Shown: in pieces, positions 37,148 to 47,478 of the stretch
Numbering within the stretch: position 1 is the first letter of the stretch
Layout: each line of letters begins with the position of its first letter
NCBI GenBank assembly: GCA_038247415.1
Contig: JBBRUX010000003.1
Span: 1 to 64,000, forward strand
DNA: 64,000 nt
Source: Chitinivibrionales bacterium
GTDB lineage: Bacteria; Fibrobacterota; Chitinivibrionia; Chitinivibrionales; WJKA01
Direction: 5' to 3'
Position numbers and translations under genes: made by a program
The notes under the pieces: model-generated
The model's database searches: none
The model's input: the letters and a program-made list of their open reading frames with translations, nothing else
What the model was told of the DNA's origin: nothing

Positions 37148-37827
37148 TAGGCTTGCTTTTGGGCGTTTTCGAGTTTTGAGATAGTATCGCGAAGGCGCGC
37201 TGCAGATTCGTAGTTTTCTTCTTTAATGGCTGTTGATAATTGAATTTTGAGACTTACTACATCGGATTGTGTGCCATCGGCAATAGTTGGTGCTAAAAGA
37301 TCCGTAGCGACACTCTCGATGTTTTGGGCCACCTCAATGTGTGGTATTTCTTCTGGTGTACTTTCGAGAAAGTTTTGCGGCACAGGGATAATGTTGCCAT
37401 TCTCTTCGGTAAACAGTTTTCCTTCTTGATTCATGAGCTGGTCGTCGACGTATATGGGAACACCGCCACGCAGTGCAATACCTACCGCATCGCTAGGGCG
37501 AGCATCAATCTCGATACGGGCAGCTTGAGTGCCATCTTCAATTACTTGGTGCTGACTCAAAATGAGTTTAGCATAAAAAGTTTCGTTTTCGACTTTCCAG
37601 ATTTCTGCGCAAATCAAATCTGCATGCAAATTATTGATAAGTGATAGCGAAAGGTCGTGAGTGAGCGGCCTCGACGGAACTTCACCCTTAAGATGAGAAT
37701 CTATTGCAGTAGCCTCCAGAGGCCCTATAAATATCGGTAGAACCCGGGTACCATGCTCTTCCTTTAACAGAAGTGCTATTCCATAATCGGCAAGTACTGC
37801 CACGGCAGTAACGGAAACGGCAATCAT
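37147..37827 (-). CDS. Bifunctional nuclease (DUF151) with C-terminal UVR domain
   Basis: LPIFIG..EA, RPLTHDL, IDARPSDA; AIKEENYESAARLRD. Confidence 0.9.
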   Translation of the reverse strand: MIAVSVTAVAVLADYGIALLLKEEHGTRVLPIFIGPLEATAIDSHLKGEVPSRPLTHDLSLSLINNLHADLICAEIWKVENETFYAKLILSQHQVIEDGTQAARIEIDARPSDAVGIALRGGVPIYVDDQLMNQEGKLFTEENGNIIPVPQNFLESTPEEIPHIEVAQNIESVATDLLAPTIADGTQSDVVSLKIQLSTAIKEENYESAARLRDTISKLENAQKQA

Positions 37828-37844
37828 AAGTATCTTTCTTCTGC

Positions 37845-39134
37845 TTAAAATCCATCGACTTCGATGGTCTGCAAGCGTTGTGGACCGGTAGAGACAATGA
37901 GAATTTTTGTACTATAGCACAGAGCTTTAAGTCGTTCGATATAATTACGCGCTTGTATCGGAAATTCGTCAATTGAGCTGCACGTAGCTGTTGGCTTGTT
38001 CCATCCTGGCAACGTTTCGTATACGGGGATAACATGCGCAAGCAGCGAAGGATCCGAAGGAAAAATATCGGTTTTTATCCCATTAATCATGTAATGCGTA
38101 CAGATTTTGACTTCTGGCAAGCCATCAAGTACATCGAGTTTTGTGAGTGCAAGACGTGTAATTCCATTAAGCTCAATAGCTTTGCGAAGCATTACAGAGT
38201 CGAACCATCCACAGCGACGAGGGCGTCCTGTTGTAGCACCAAATTCACCACCGATAGTTCGAATTTTTTCGCCGAGATCATCGAGAAGCTCTGTTGGAAA
38301 TGGACCATTGCCCACGCGGGTTGTATATGTTTTAACAATCCCCACGACTTCGTCGATTGCTGTAGGTCCCACGCCGCTTCCTGTGCAAGCAGACCCGGCT
38401 ATAGTATTGGATGATGTTACAAAAGGATAGGTGCCATGGTCGATATCTAAAAAGGTTCCTTGAGCGCCTTCGAACAAGAGCTTCTTACCTTCTTTGGTTG
38501 CTTTGAAAATTCTTGTGCTCGTATCATCGATATAGGGAAGCATTCTAGACCTAATAACTGAAAATTCTTCGAGCAGTGTGTCTAGCTTGAGGTCGAATGG
38601 AATGCAATACACTTTTTCCACAAATTCTTTTTTATCGTCAAACGCGTGCTCTACCAGTTGAACGAAATGTTCCCAATTGCGAAGGTCTCCAACACGAATG
38701 CCAGTACGGTATGCTTTGTCTGCATACGCGGGGCCTATGCCGCGACCCGTTGTCCCAATTTTGCCTGCTGCCATTTTAGCCTCGGAGGCTTTGTCTTGAA
38801 TTTTATGGTACGGCAGCACTAAATGAGCTTGATCCGAAACAAACAGCCGATTATCGAGCTTAACGCCTTTGGCAGCCAATTCATCGGTTTCGAGAAGGAA
38901 TTGAGCAGGGTCGAAAACCACGCCGTTGCCAACAATACAGATTTTATTGGGGTATAAAATGCCCGATGGCACCATATGAAAGACAAATTTGGCATCGTTA
39001 TGAATTACGGTATGGCCAGCGTTAGCTCCTCCCTGAAATCGGATGATGACATCAGATTTTTCGGTAAGGAAGTCTACTACTTTTGCTTTTCCTTCATCAC
39101 CCCATTGAGCGCCGACGATTATTACATTGGGCAC
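37845..39134 (-). CDS. purA: Adenylosuccinate synthetase
   Basis: GAQWGDEGK, GGANAGHT, GIGPAYADK, EFGATTGRPRRCGW; GTG start at 39134. Confidence 0.97.
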   Translation of the reverse strand: MPNVIIVGAQWGDEGKAKVVDFLTEKSDVIIRFQGGANAGHTVIHNDAKFVFHMVPSGILYPNKICIVGNGVVFDPAQFLLETDELAAKGVKLDNRLFVSDQAHLVLPYHKIQDKASEAKMAAGKIGTTGRGIGPAYADKAYRTGIRVGDLRNWEHFVQLVEHAFDDKKEFVEKVYCIPFDLKLDTLLEEFSVIRSRMLPYIDDTSTRIFKATKEGKKLLFEGAQGTFLDIDHGTYPFVTSSNTIAGSACTGSGVGPTAIDEVVGIVKTYTTRVGNGPFPTELLDDLGEKIRTIGGEFGATTGRPRRCGWFDSVMLRKAIELNGITRLALTKLDVLDGLPEVKICTHYMINGIKTDIFPSDPSLLAHVIPVYETLPGWNKPTATCSSIDEFPIQARNYIERLKALCYSTKILIVSTGPQRLQTIEVDGF

Positions 39135-39426
39135 GGTACGTTCCTCTCCTCTGAATTCCAAACGTAGATTATGATAATTACGCGGGATTCACATTCATCG
39201 TGGTTTAATTCGGTAGCCATGAAAATATTATGAAGAATAATAACGATGGCAAACCTTTTAAAAATACTTCGCGAGAGGGGGGGAGTCAAAAAAAGGATTG
39301 TGTCGATATTTTTATAGCGAGCGGATTATGCAAAAAAAACTTGGCATTCTGCGCAATTTGGGGTATAGTTAAAATGTTCTGTCAAGATTTGATTGGTGCT
39401 CTTCCATGTTTCCTATGAGGTAATGT

Positions 39427-39780
39427 ATGAAAATACTTGTGATCGAAGACGATCCGTCAATACGGCTGCTTACTCAAGAAATTCTTTCCGAAGCTGGATA
39501 TGCCATTTACACGGTGTCTACGGGAGAGGATGGCTTGCGATTTCTCCAAACAACACCAGTTGACCTTATTGTAACCGATCTCATGATGGAAGGGCTTTCG
39601 GGCGTGGAGCTCTTGTATGCGTTGCGAAAGCTCAAAATACCTGTGATTACCATTTCTGGTTTAAGCCGCGAAGTGATTATCGATGAACTGCTTTCGGAGA
39701 TGCATGTGCGCGGTGTTTTGCAAAAGCCTTTTAAAGAGGCCGACTTACTCGATAAAGTTTCACACGCTCTGCATCGTTAA
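39427..39780 (+). CDS. Single-domain response regulator
   Basis: ILVIEDD, VTDLMM, ISG, QKPF. Confidence 0.9.
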   Translation: MKILVIEDDPSIRLLTQEILSEAGYAIYTVSTGEDGLRFLQTTPVDLIVTDLMMEGLSGVELLYALRKLKIPVITISGLSREVIIDELLSEMHVRGVLQKPFKEADLLDKVSHALHR

Positions 39781-41192
39781 GCAATGTTTGGGGTTTCTGA
39801 TGGGGTCACAATTTTTGGTTGTCGCTTTTTGCGGCGTCGATCACCCACTTGTCCGCGTCTGAGCAATTCTACCGACGTTAAGCACGTGCTAAGCCACACA
39901 ATTCCGCCTGCCAATCCGCACAAAACATCGCTGAGATAATTTTCTCCCAGGTACAGCCTGCTAAAACTGATGGTCAGAACAAGAAAAAGAGTAGTGAGAA
40001 TTACCGCAGTTTTTGTGTTCCATCGTGTGATGTCCAAAAGCAAAAAGTAGGCTAATGCGCCATAAACAATAAACGATTCCATAGCATGAGCACTTGGAAA
40101 GCTAAATCCAAAACCAGAAATGGCATAGATATTTGTGGGGTCGGGGCTCGAACGTCCATACGAAATTTTGAGCACATACACAAGTATTTGGCCGCCAAGT
40201 ACCGTTATCGCCAGAGCCCAGGCTTTGAGCCATTTTTTTCGAATTAGAAATAAGAGAAAAAATCCAAGCGAGCATGCCACAACCCCGTAGGAACCAAGAC
40301 TTGTAACAATGGTAAAGATCTTTGATGCAAAAGGGGTTGCTGCTTCTTGCAGAAAAACCAGCGTCGTCTGATCCCAGAGGGCCAATGTTGCGTTTGTAAA
40401 TGAGCTATGGGCAAGTCGGACAAAGGTGATAAGTCCCGCTATTGCAATAAAAAGGCCTGTTGTTATATGGAGAATGGTGTATTGCCCGGCAGTCCAATGG
40501 CGCAGCACCCAATGTATTTGAAATGAATATTTTGTTGTGACACGCGTTAGAAGCGAGGTTGATAACCACGTTTTAAAACCTGTGATAACCTTGTTTTGAT
40601 TGCGAGACAGCCACCGCCAGAGAATGGTGAAGGCGATAATGAGAACCACAGGTATCGAAAGTGCCCATCCTACTTTACGGGCAATAGATTCAAGCAACGC
40701 TAGATTTTGTCCAAAAAGATATCCGAGCATTCCAAAGCAGAGAGCCCAAACAATTCCGCCCATGGCATTATAAAGGAGGAATTTTTTATATGACATATGC
40801 CAAATGCCAGCAAAGAGCGCTGCATAGGTGCGTAAAAGAGAAAAAAATCTGCCAAAAAAAACAGTCATTGCTCCATGTCGATGAAAAAGGGTTTCTAGCT
40901 TTTTCATTCGTGCGGGTGTGAGATGAAGCCATTTCCCATATTTTTCTACAAAGGGTCTACCAAATCTGCGACCAATCCAATATCCTCCGGCATCGCCAAT
41001 TATTGCTCCCGCAGCAGCACAAATAATTACAAGAGCAATATTTAATCGTCCTGCGCCTGCATATGCCGCAGCGATAACCAATGCGGTTTCACCTGGCATG
41101 GGTACTCCCATGCTTTCAATCATTATGGCTAAACCAACAATGATGTACCCGTATTTTTCGATGAGTTCGCTAAGAAACGAAAGAATTTCCAT
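39777..41192 (-). CDS. DedA + PAP2 phosphatase fusion membrane protein
   Basis: ESMGVPMPGE, GDAGGYWIGR, FFGRF; SFPSAHA, SRLYLGENYLSDV. Confidence 0.9.
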   Translation of the reverse strand: MEILSFLSELIEKYGYIIVGLAIMIESMGVPMPGETALVIAAAYAGAGRLNIALVIICAAAGAIIGDAGGYWIGRRFGRPFVEKYGKWLHLTPARMKKLETLFHRHGAMTVFFGRFFSLLRTYAALFAGIWHMSYKKFLLYNAMGGIVWALCFGMLGYLFGQNLALLESIARKVGWALSIPVVLIIAFTILWRWLSRNQNKVITGFKTWLSTSLLTRVTTKYSFQIHWVLRHWTAGQYTILHITTGLFIAIAGLITFVRLAHSSFTNATLALWDQTTLVFLQEAATPFASKIFTIVTSLGSYGVVACSLGFFLLFLIRKKWLKAWALAITVLGGQILVYVLKISYGRSSPDPTNIYAISGFGFSFPSAHAMESFIVYGALAYFLLLDITRWNTKTAVILTTLFLVLTISFSRLYLGENYLSDVLCGLAGGIVWLSTCLTSVELLRRGQVGDRRRKKRQPKIVTPSETPNIA

Positions 41193-41410
41193 AGGCCTGT
41201 TCCAATTACATATATAAAGCGTGAAATGTCTGCGGGTGCTTATGAACTGGCCTCCAGGGGGCCTTGTATTTGGATTATATCGTTATCGTCCTGCGGGGGC
41301 AATAGCATAGTAATGGTTTATTCATTAGAATTTTTAGCAGCATCGTATTTTACTCAATGCATCGGGAAGAAGCATAATAATGAGACTCCTAGAAGGGTTA
41401 AGGAACGTTT

Positions 41411-42781
41411 ATGAGTGCAAAAGCTCGATCCGATATCATGAATGGGCCTGTGGGGCCTACCCTTATTTCGCTTTCTTTACCCATGCTTTTTGGTATTTTG
41501 TCAATGATGATTTTTAATAGCATTGATGCATGGTTTGTTGCGAAGCTTGGGACGGTGCCTCTGGCTGCAATCTCACTTACTTTTCCCGTTGTTGGAGTGG
41601 TGGCAACATTTGCAATTGGGCTTGGGGTTGGGGCAATGTCTCTTATTTCGCAAAGCATTGGCAAAGGTGATACCGAGGGGTTTAAACGTCTTACCACCGA
41701 CGTGCTCTCGCTTTCGATCGTATGCGTTGCGCTTATGACCATTGTTGGCCTCTGTACCATACAGCCACTCTTTACCCTGTTGGGAGCAACTCCTGCAATG
41801 ATGCCTTTTGTAAATAGTTATATGGTGATATGGTACTGCGGTATTCTTTTTTATGTGGTTCCGCTCATTGCCTCAAATGTTTTGCGAGCAACCGGGGATA
41901 CAAAAACCCCAAGCTTAGTTATGATTGGTGGTATGGTGCTCAATGGTTTTTTAGATCCACTGTTCATTTTTGGTATTGGTTCTTGGCATGGTTATGGTAT
42001 GGCAGGTGCAGCAATTGCCTGCACAGTTTCCAGGGGTATTATGTTTGTCTTGATAATGTACCTTTTAGTGTACAAGCTTAATTTACTCGGTTCTTTTTTT
42101 GCCGGATGGAATGTTGTGCTTGCTTCTTGGAAAAAAATTCTTGGGCTGGGGTTGCCGGTTGCTTTTTCAAATGCGGTTATGCCCGTTGCTCTTGGGCTCA
42201 TTACCGGTATCGTTTCCCGATTTGGTACGGAGTCATTGGCAGGGTTTGGCGTTGCAACGAGGCTAGAAGCAATGGGATTTGCATGTATTATAGCTTTGTC
42301 AACGGGGATAAGCCCATTTACAGGGCAAAACTTTGGTGCGGGTAATGTCGCCAGAATTCGTCTTGGAGTTTCTTTTTCGTTGCGCGCTGCAATGATCATA
42401 GGTATTGTCCTGTGCGGAATATTTATAGTATTTGGGCGCGACCTTGCCGGTCTTTTTGATAAAAACCCTCTGGTGATTGCTTCGGCACATGCCTATCTCA
42501 TTTGGATTGCAGCAAGTATAGGGCTTCGGGGAATTCATCAAATTATTTGGACGGTTCTTAATGTCCTTTCAAGGCCTTTTGCAGCGATGACGCTAGAAAT
42601 TCTTCTTGCTTTTGTGCTCTGGATTGGGCTTGGGGCGTTGGGGGCATACTTCTATAAACTGAATGGTCTCTATTGTGGAATGGCCATTGCAAATTGCATT
42701 GGTGGGGCAATAGCATGGGTTTGGATCCGAAAACTTTTGGCGAAGCTACCCTTAAAAGTGGCAAGCACTGTAGCTCTGTAA
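41411..42781 (+). CDS. MATE-family efflux transporter
   Basis: About 12 TM; LRATGDTKTP, LDPLFIFG, GQNFGAG. Confidence 0.93.
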   Translation: MSAKARSDIMNGPVGPTLISLSLPMLFGILSMMIFNSIDAWFVAKLGTVPLAAISLTFPVVGVVATFAIGLGVGAMSLISQSIGKGDTEGFKRLTTDVLSLSIVCVALMTIVGLCTIQPLFTLLGATPAMMPFVNSYMVIWYCGILFYVVPLIASNVLRATGDTKTPSLVMIGGMVLNGFLDPLFIFGIGSWHGYGMAGAAIACTVSRGIMFVLIMYLLVYKLNLLGSFFAGWNVVLASWKKILGLGLPVAFSNAVMPVALGLITGIVSRFGTESLAGFGVATRLEAMGFACIIALSTGISPFTGQNFGAGNVARIRLGVSFSLRAAMIIGIVLCGIFIVFGRDLAGLFDKNPLVIASAHAYLIWIAASIGLRGIHQIIWTVLNVLSRPFAAMTLEILLAFVLWIGLGALGAYFYKLNGLYCGMAIANCIGGAIAWVWIRKLLAKLPLKVASTVAL

Positions 42782-42947
42782 AGAACGTTTGTAATGCTCG
42801 CATTTTCCCTGGGGATATGCACTAATTTTTTTAAGCGTTTTTTATTGGTTTATTACTAAGTGGACTAATAACTTGCGTATGTGCTTACCCCCATACTATC
42901 TTGAATAATAGATTTAACCTTAAATTGTTAAAGGGATTCCCTCCTTC

Positions 42948-43142
42948 ATGCAAATTGTAGCATTAATCTGGGTGATCAATCTTTTCTTCTTTGCATTGAT
43001 TTTGTTTTTCGTTTGGAGCAAAATCGCCATCATTTCGCGAAAAATTGCTTCGGTACATCCGACAATATCGTCAATCGATGACCTTTTGCTTGAACCTCCG
43101 GCGCAACCAGCTGCCACGCAATCTCCTGCAGAGAAAACATAG
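42948..43142 (+). CDS. Possible small single-TM protein
   Basis: N-terminal hydrophobic helix then a polar P/A-rich tail. Confidence 0.4.
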   Translation: MQIVALIWVINLFFFALILFFVWSKIAIISRKIASVHPTISSIDDLLLEPPAQPAATQSPAEKT

Positions 43143-43437
43143 AATCCTTGACATTGGCTTAAATACTTTTCACGTTCATTGACATTTTGATTACTACCTG
43201 CACATTGTATTGCTCTTTACATAATTATTCTTTACAGAGCGTACGTTTCTTTCCTGCTGCATTCTCATTTCCAGAGTATACTAGAACATCTTTGCGAAAT
43301 ATGCAGAGCGCGCTGTTAGGCAACCAAGATCGACACCAGTGTAACACGCGCATCCAATACAGTAGAGGTCTTTACCCGTTCTGTAGTGTGTCGGGATGTT
43401 TATTGTTTTTTTACCCTTTTATGACGGAGTAGACATT

Positions 43438-44217
43438 ATGGATTCTGCAACACTTGCTTTTGTTGCACTTGGATTTTTGATTCAAATTATTATTCTCCTT
43501 GTTGTACTTACAACAAGAAATTCTCTCGCGAAAATCGAGAAAAAGCTTAGCCAGCCTGAACGTCCAGCAGAAGGACGTCCTGAACGGCCAGATTTTCGTA
43601 GTCGTCGTAGAGAAGAACCTTCTCCTCGGCCAGATCGCCCTCGACCTGTTGAACGGGCTGTTCCCGCACCAGTGGCTTCGGTTGATAAATCCCTTCGAGA
43701 TATCAATCTAAGACTTAAGTCTGCTGAGCGAGATCAGGATCAGGCTCGAAAAGATGTTAAGGCAGTTGCCCCAGAGAGTGGCGCTCCTCGTCGTTATGAA
43801 CGAGATAGTCGAGATAATCGTGGGGGTCAACGCAGTGGGCCTGGGCCGCGTCGTGATGATCGTCCTCCTCGTGAATACAATCGTCGACCAGAAGGCGAAG
43901 CTAGACCTCCGGCTCCTATTGCACCGCGTCCTCAACTGGCACCTGTGGTGGAAGCTAAAGAACCAGTCTCTTCTCTACTTGCTCCTGTAATTGAGCAAGC
44001 TGCGCCAATTGTTACTCAACCGATTGCAATTGAGCCAGAATCGAACTCTTTAGATTTTCAGCATGGTCGAAAGGTGACCGTGAAACGAAGAACTCTAACT
44101 AACGAAGAACCTTCTGACACTCAAGCGCCTCCTGTAGCGCCACCAGTTGCAGAATCTTCTCCTGCAGTCGAAGAACCTTCAGTTTCATCAGATCCTCAAA
44201 CCTTCGGACGCAGATAA
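43438..44217 (+). CDS. Membrane-anchored, largely disordered R/P/E-rich protein
   Basis: GGAG RBS before ATG 43438; N-terminal TM; low-complexity RPE/RRDD repeats. Confidence 0.75.
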   Translation: MDSATLAFVALGFLIQIIILLVVLTTRNSLAKIEKKLSQPERPAEGRPERPDFRSRRREEPSPRPDRPRPVERAVPAPVASVDKSLRDINLRLKSAERDQDQARKDVKAVAPESGAPRRYERDSRDNRGGQRSGPGPRRDDRPPREYNRRPEGEARPPAPIAPRPQLAPVVEAKEPVSSLLAPVIEQAAPIVTQPIAIEPESNSLDFQHGRKVTVKRRTLTNEEPSDTQAPPVAPPVAESSPAVEEPSVSSDPQTFGRR

Positions 44218-44243
44218 GATCTGTCAGAAGTTTTGTAATGATT

Positions 44244-44283
44244 AAAAAAGGCCGGATATGAATGCATATCCGGCCTTTTTTTT
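44244..44283. terminator. Bidirectional intrinsic terminator
   Basis: A6-GGCCGGATATG-AATG-CATATCCGGCC-T8. Confidence 0.9.
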
Positions 44284-44294
44284 ATGTTGTTTTC

Positions 44295-44815
44295 TTATTT
44301 TTCTTTTCTGTTCCTATGCATCAATAAGCTTTTTTCGTCACGAGGTGCAAAACCGGCCCTCTTTTTCCCAGCCGGCGAATACGCACTTTTAACAACCACC
44401 TGCGAAGGCTGCATCAAGCTCTTGAGCGCCGAAAACGCCACCTGTATTTGCTGATCATGAGAATCCGTTCGTTTTTCAAGTAGCCGGATTGCCTTCCAGA
44501 CCTCTTTATCGTGGGTAACAAGTTCGCGAAGTCGAACAAAAGCCCGCATGATTTGAATATTGACTGTGATGGCTGTTTCCGAATTTAAGACACTTGAGAG
44601 CATTGCAATCCCGTTTCCCGTGTAAACACAGGGCAACGGAGCAGAGTGCTTAAGATTTGTCAACCGGTCACAATGTGTGACCAGTTCCATTTTTTCAGAT
44701 TCGGTTAATTGGAACATGAAGTCCTGTGGAAAGCGCCCGCTGTTACGTTTTACAGCCTAGTTGATTGCTTTTGTAGGGGTGTGATAAAGATCCGCAAGGT
44801 CACGATCCTGCAAGA
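44295..44815 (-). pseudogene. ORF6N-domain DNA-binding protein pseudogene
   Basis: DRDLADLY...KAIN*AVKRN..RFPQDFMFQL...MLSSVLNS...VNIQIMRAFVRLR; in-frame TAG at a conserved Gln, 5' end missing. Confidence 0.85.
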
Positions 44816-44999
44816 CGCATCCAAGAAAAATCCAGCGTTCCGCATGCTGCAAAACGTAACGTTCGCCCCGCAACCATAGAACAAGCCCTCGGCCGCGCTG
44901 CTCCCAATTTTTGCATCGTCACGGGTCAAAACGAATAAAAAAACCCCTCGAAAAAAGCCGTTTCCTTGCGAAAAAGATCGTTTCTGAGGGGTTTTGTTG

Positions 45000-45075
45000 T
45001 GGTAGCCCTACGGGGAATCGAACCCCGGTTTAATGGATGAGAACCATTTGTCCTAGGCCACTAGACGATAGGGCC
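45000..45075 (-). tRNA. tRNA-Glu(CTC)
   Basis: GGCCCTA acceptor stem, anticodon arm AATGG-TTCTCAT-CCATT, GGTTCGATTCC T-arm, encoded CCA. Confidence 0.95.
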
Positions 45076-45110
45076 ATTACTTGAAAAGTAATAGCTGATA
45101 ATTTCAAAAA

Positions 45111-45184
45111 TGGCTGGGGTGCAAGGATTCGAACCTCGATAGTTGGAACCAGAATCCAAAGTCCTACCATTGGACGACACCCCA
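45111..45184 (-). tRNA. tRNA-Gln(CTG)
   Basis: TGGGGTG acceptor stem, anticodon arm TTGGA-TTCTGGT-TCCAA, GGTTCGAATCC T-arm, encoded CCA. Confidence 0.95.
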
Positions 45185-45423
45185 GTAAAAAAGCAGAGAT
45201 AAAATAATACGCGAGGAATAAAAAATCAATGAAGCGTGTTACTTTGCCCTTTAATTTCAGGAAGTATTCTTTTTTTGCGGGATCGTGTATTTTAAAACCC
45301 GTTAGCTTTGTTAGAAATTTGTAGCGTTCACCAATACGGCGTCCCTGAAAATCGTAACACTTCTTAAGAAGTAAGTTTATAAGACGTGGGTAGATCTTTG
45401 TTTATGCAAGAAAAAGGAAGCAT

Positions 45424-46824
45424 ATGAGTAACAATCTTTTTGACCGGGTATGGGATCTGCACAAAGTGGGCGTTCTTCACAATGGGCAAGACCAATTGTT
45501 TATTGGGCTACATCTGATTCACGAAGTTACTTCTCCTCAAGCGTTTCAGATGCTGCGCGAGCGAAACTTAAAAGTATTGTTTCCCCATAGAACGTTTGCC
45601 ACAGTAGACCATATTGTTCCTACGCTTAGTCAACAGAGGCCATTTGCAGACACGCTTGCCGAAGAAATGATGCAGGCTATCGAGCGAAATACAAACGAGG
45701 CGGGAATACAGTTTTTTGGATTGTCTACCGACAAGCAAGGCATAGTTCATATTATTGGTCCTGAATTAGGGCTTACCCAGCCAGGAATGACGATTGCCTG
45801 CGGAGACTCCCATACGTCTACCCATGGAGCTTTTGGTTCGATTGCGTTTGGAGTTGGGACTTCTCAAATTAGAGATATCCTCGCTTCTCAAACGATGGCA
45901 TTGTCCCGACCCAACGTTCGCAAAATTGATATTAGAGGAATGCTTCGCAAGGGGATAGGCGCAAAGGATTTGGCTTTAAAAATCATTGCTCAATGCGGCG
46001 TAAATGGTGGCATTGGCTATGCCTACGAATTTGTGGGCGAGGCTATTACGAGTCTTTCTATGGAAGCCCGCATGACATTGTGTAATATGAGTATCGAAGG
46101 TGGTGCGCGCGCAGGATACATTTCTCCCGATGAAACAACATGTGCGTATCTAAAAGGCAGGCAATTTGCTCCTCCTGATTCGGAGTTTGAGCAGGCAAAA
46201 AACTACTGGAAATCCATTGCGTCAACGCCAACCTCTTCCTACGATGACGAAGTGGTTGTTGAGGTAGCTTCTCTTGCACCTATGATAACGTGGGGCATTA
46301 ATCCGGGTCAAGCAATTCAAGTGACGGATGCGATTCCAAAACTTTCAGATTTTGATAGTGCCGAACGCGAAAGTGCCCAGAGGGCATACGATCACATGGG
46401 CTTTGAACCGGGTAGTCCCATTCGAGGTAAAAAAATCGACAAGGCATTTATTGGGTCGTGTACCAATGGACGCATTTCCGACTTGCGCGATGCGGCTGCA
46501 TTGCTTAAGGGTAAAAAAGTATCGGCACATGTAGATGTTCTGGTGGTTCCAGGTTCCATGCAGGTAAAAAAACAGGCCGAAGCCGAAGGTCTCGACCAAA
46601 TTTTTAAAGATTCTGGGTGTTCGTGGAGAGAGGCTGGATGTTCGATGTGTCTTGCCATGAATCCCGATAAATTAGTAGAACGTCAATTATGCGCAAGCTC
46701 ATCAAATAGAAATTTTATTGGCCGGCAGGGGGCAGTTCATGGGAGAACGCTCCTCATGAGTCCAATAATGGTAGCTGCAGCAGCGGTGGCGGGTGAGGTT
46801 GTTGACGTTCGCGAAATGATGTAA
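45424..46824 (+). CDS. leuC: 3-isopropylmalate dehydratase large subunit
   Basis: [36 protein letters not shown]. Confidence 0.97.
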   Translation: MSNNLFDRVWDLHKVGVLHNGQDQLFIGLHLIHEVTSPQAFQMLRERNLKVLFPHRTFATVDHIVPTLSQQRPFADTLAEEMMQAIERNTNEAGIQFFGLSTDKQGIVHIIGPELGLTQPGMTIACGDSHTSTHGAFGSIAFGVGTSQIRDILASQTMALSRPNVRKIDIRGMLRKGIGAKDLALKIIAQCGVNGGIGYAYEFVGEAITSLSMEARMTLCNMSIEGGARAGYISPDETTCAYLKGRQFAPPDSEFEQAKNYWKSIASTPTSSYDDEVVVEVASLAPMITWGINPGQAIQVTDAIPKLSDFDSAERESAQRAYDHMGFEPGSPIRGKKIDKAFIGSCTNGRISDLRDAAALLKGKKVSAHVDVLVVPGSMQVKKQAEAEGLDQIFKDSGCSWREAGCSMCLAMNPDKLVERQLCASSSNRNFIGRQGAVHGRTLLMSPIMVAAAAVAGEVVDVREMM

Positions 46825-46845
46825 AATAAAGAAAAGGGCATTGCA

Positions 46846-47472
46846 ATGGAAACTTCTCTACGAAAAAAAACATGTGGGAAAATGATTCCCCTACAGGGTA
46901 ACGATATCGATACCGATCGGATTATTCCTGCGCGCTACATGACGGGTATTACGTTTGATGGCCTTGGTGAACATGCTTTTCATGATGAACGTTTTGATAG
47001 ATTTGGGAAAGAAAAACAACATCCCTACAATGATCCTCGGTTTAAAGGGCATTCGATTCTTGTAGTGGGGAAAAATTTTGGTTGTGGGTCATCGCGGGAG
47101 CACGCTCCGCAGGCGCTTATGCGGTCGGGGATCACAGCGCTTGTCGGGGAGTCGTTTGCCGATATTTTTGCAGGTAATTGCACCTCTCTTGGGATCCCGT
47201 TTGCGGTCCTTAAGCAGACAGATATAGAAGAACTTGCCGCAGCATGCATCAAGAATCCCGATTGTGAAGCATGTATAGATGTTGAAGCACAAGAGGTCGT
47301 TTGTGGTTCTCGCAGGTTTTCTGCAACGCTGCCGGAGTCGTCGCGGAGTGCTTTTATTTCTGGTTTGTGGGATATGACTGGCGTCTTGCTTGCTAATAAA
47401 GAATCAGTTCTTACGAAAGCCGCAGAACTGCCCTATTTCAATCATTTTTCGAAGTTTGCAAAGGTTGTATAA
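46846..47472 (+). CDS. leuD: 3-isopropylmalate dehydratase small subunit
   Basis: DIDTDRIIPAR, NFGCGSSREHAP, SFADIFAGN. Confidence 0.97.
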   Translation: METSLRKKTCGKMIPLQGNDIDTDRIIPARYMTGITFDGLGEHAFHDERFDRFGKEKQHPYNDPRFKGHSILVVGKNFGCGSSREHAPQALMRSGITALVGESFADIFAGNCTSLGIPFAVLKQTDIEELAAACIKNPDCEACIDVEAQEVVCGSRRFSATLPESSRSAFISGLWDMTGVLLANKESVLTKAAELPYFNHFSKFAKVV

Positions 47473-47478
47473 AGCTTT

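Noticed and set aside
39248..39300. GGCAAACC as the start of a c-di-GMP-I riboswitch
   Set aside because: No GNRA-capped P2 stem or GCAAAG junction follows
5509..44760. In-frame TGA (Fic) and TAG (ORF6N) as stop-codon recoding
   Set aside because: Both genes carry other lesions, and TGA/TAG terminate many intact genes here
45229..45324. Short ORF upstream of leuC as an attenuation leader peptide
   Set aside because: No Leu/Ile/Val codon run and no terminator hairpin
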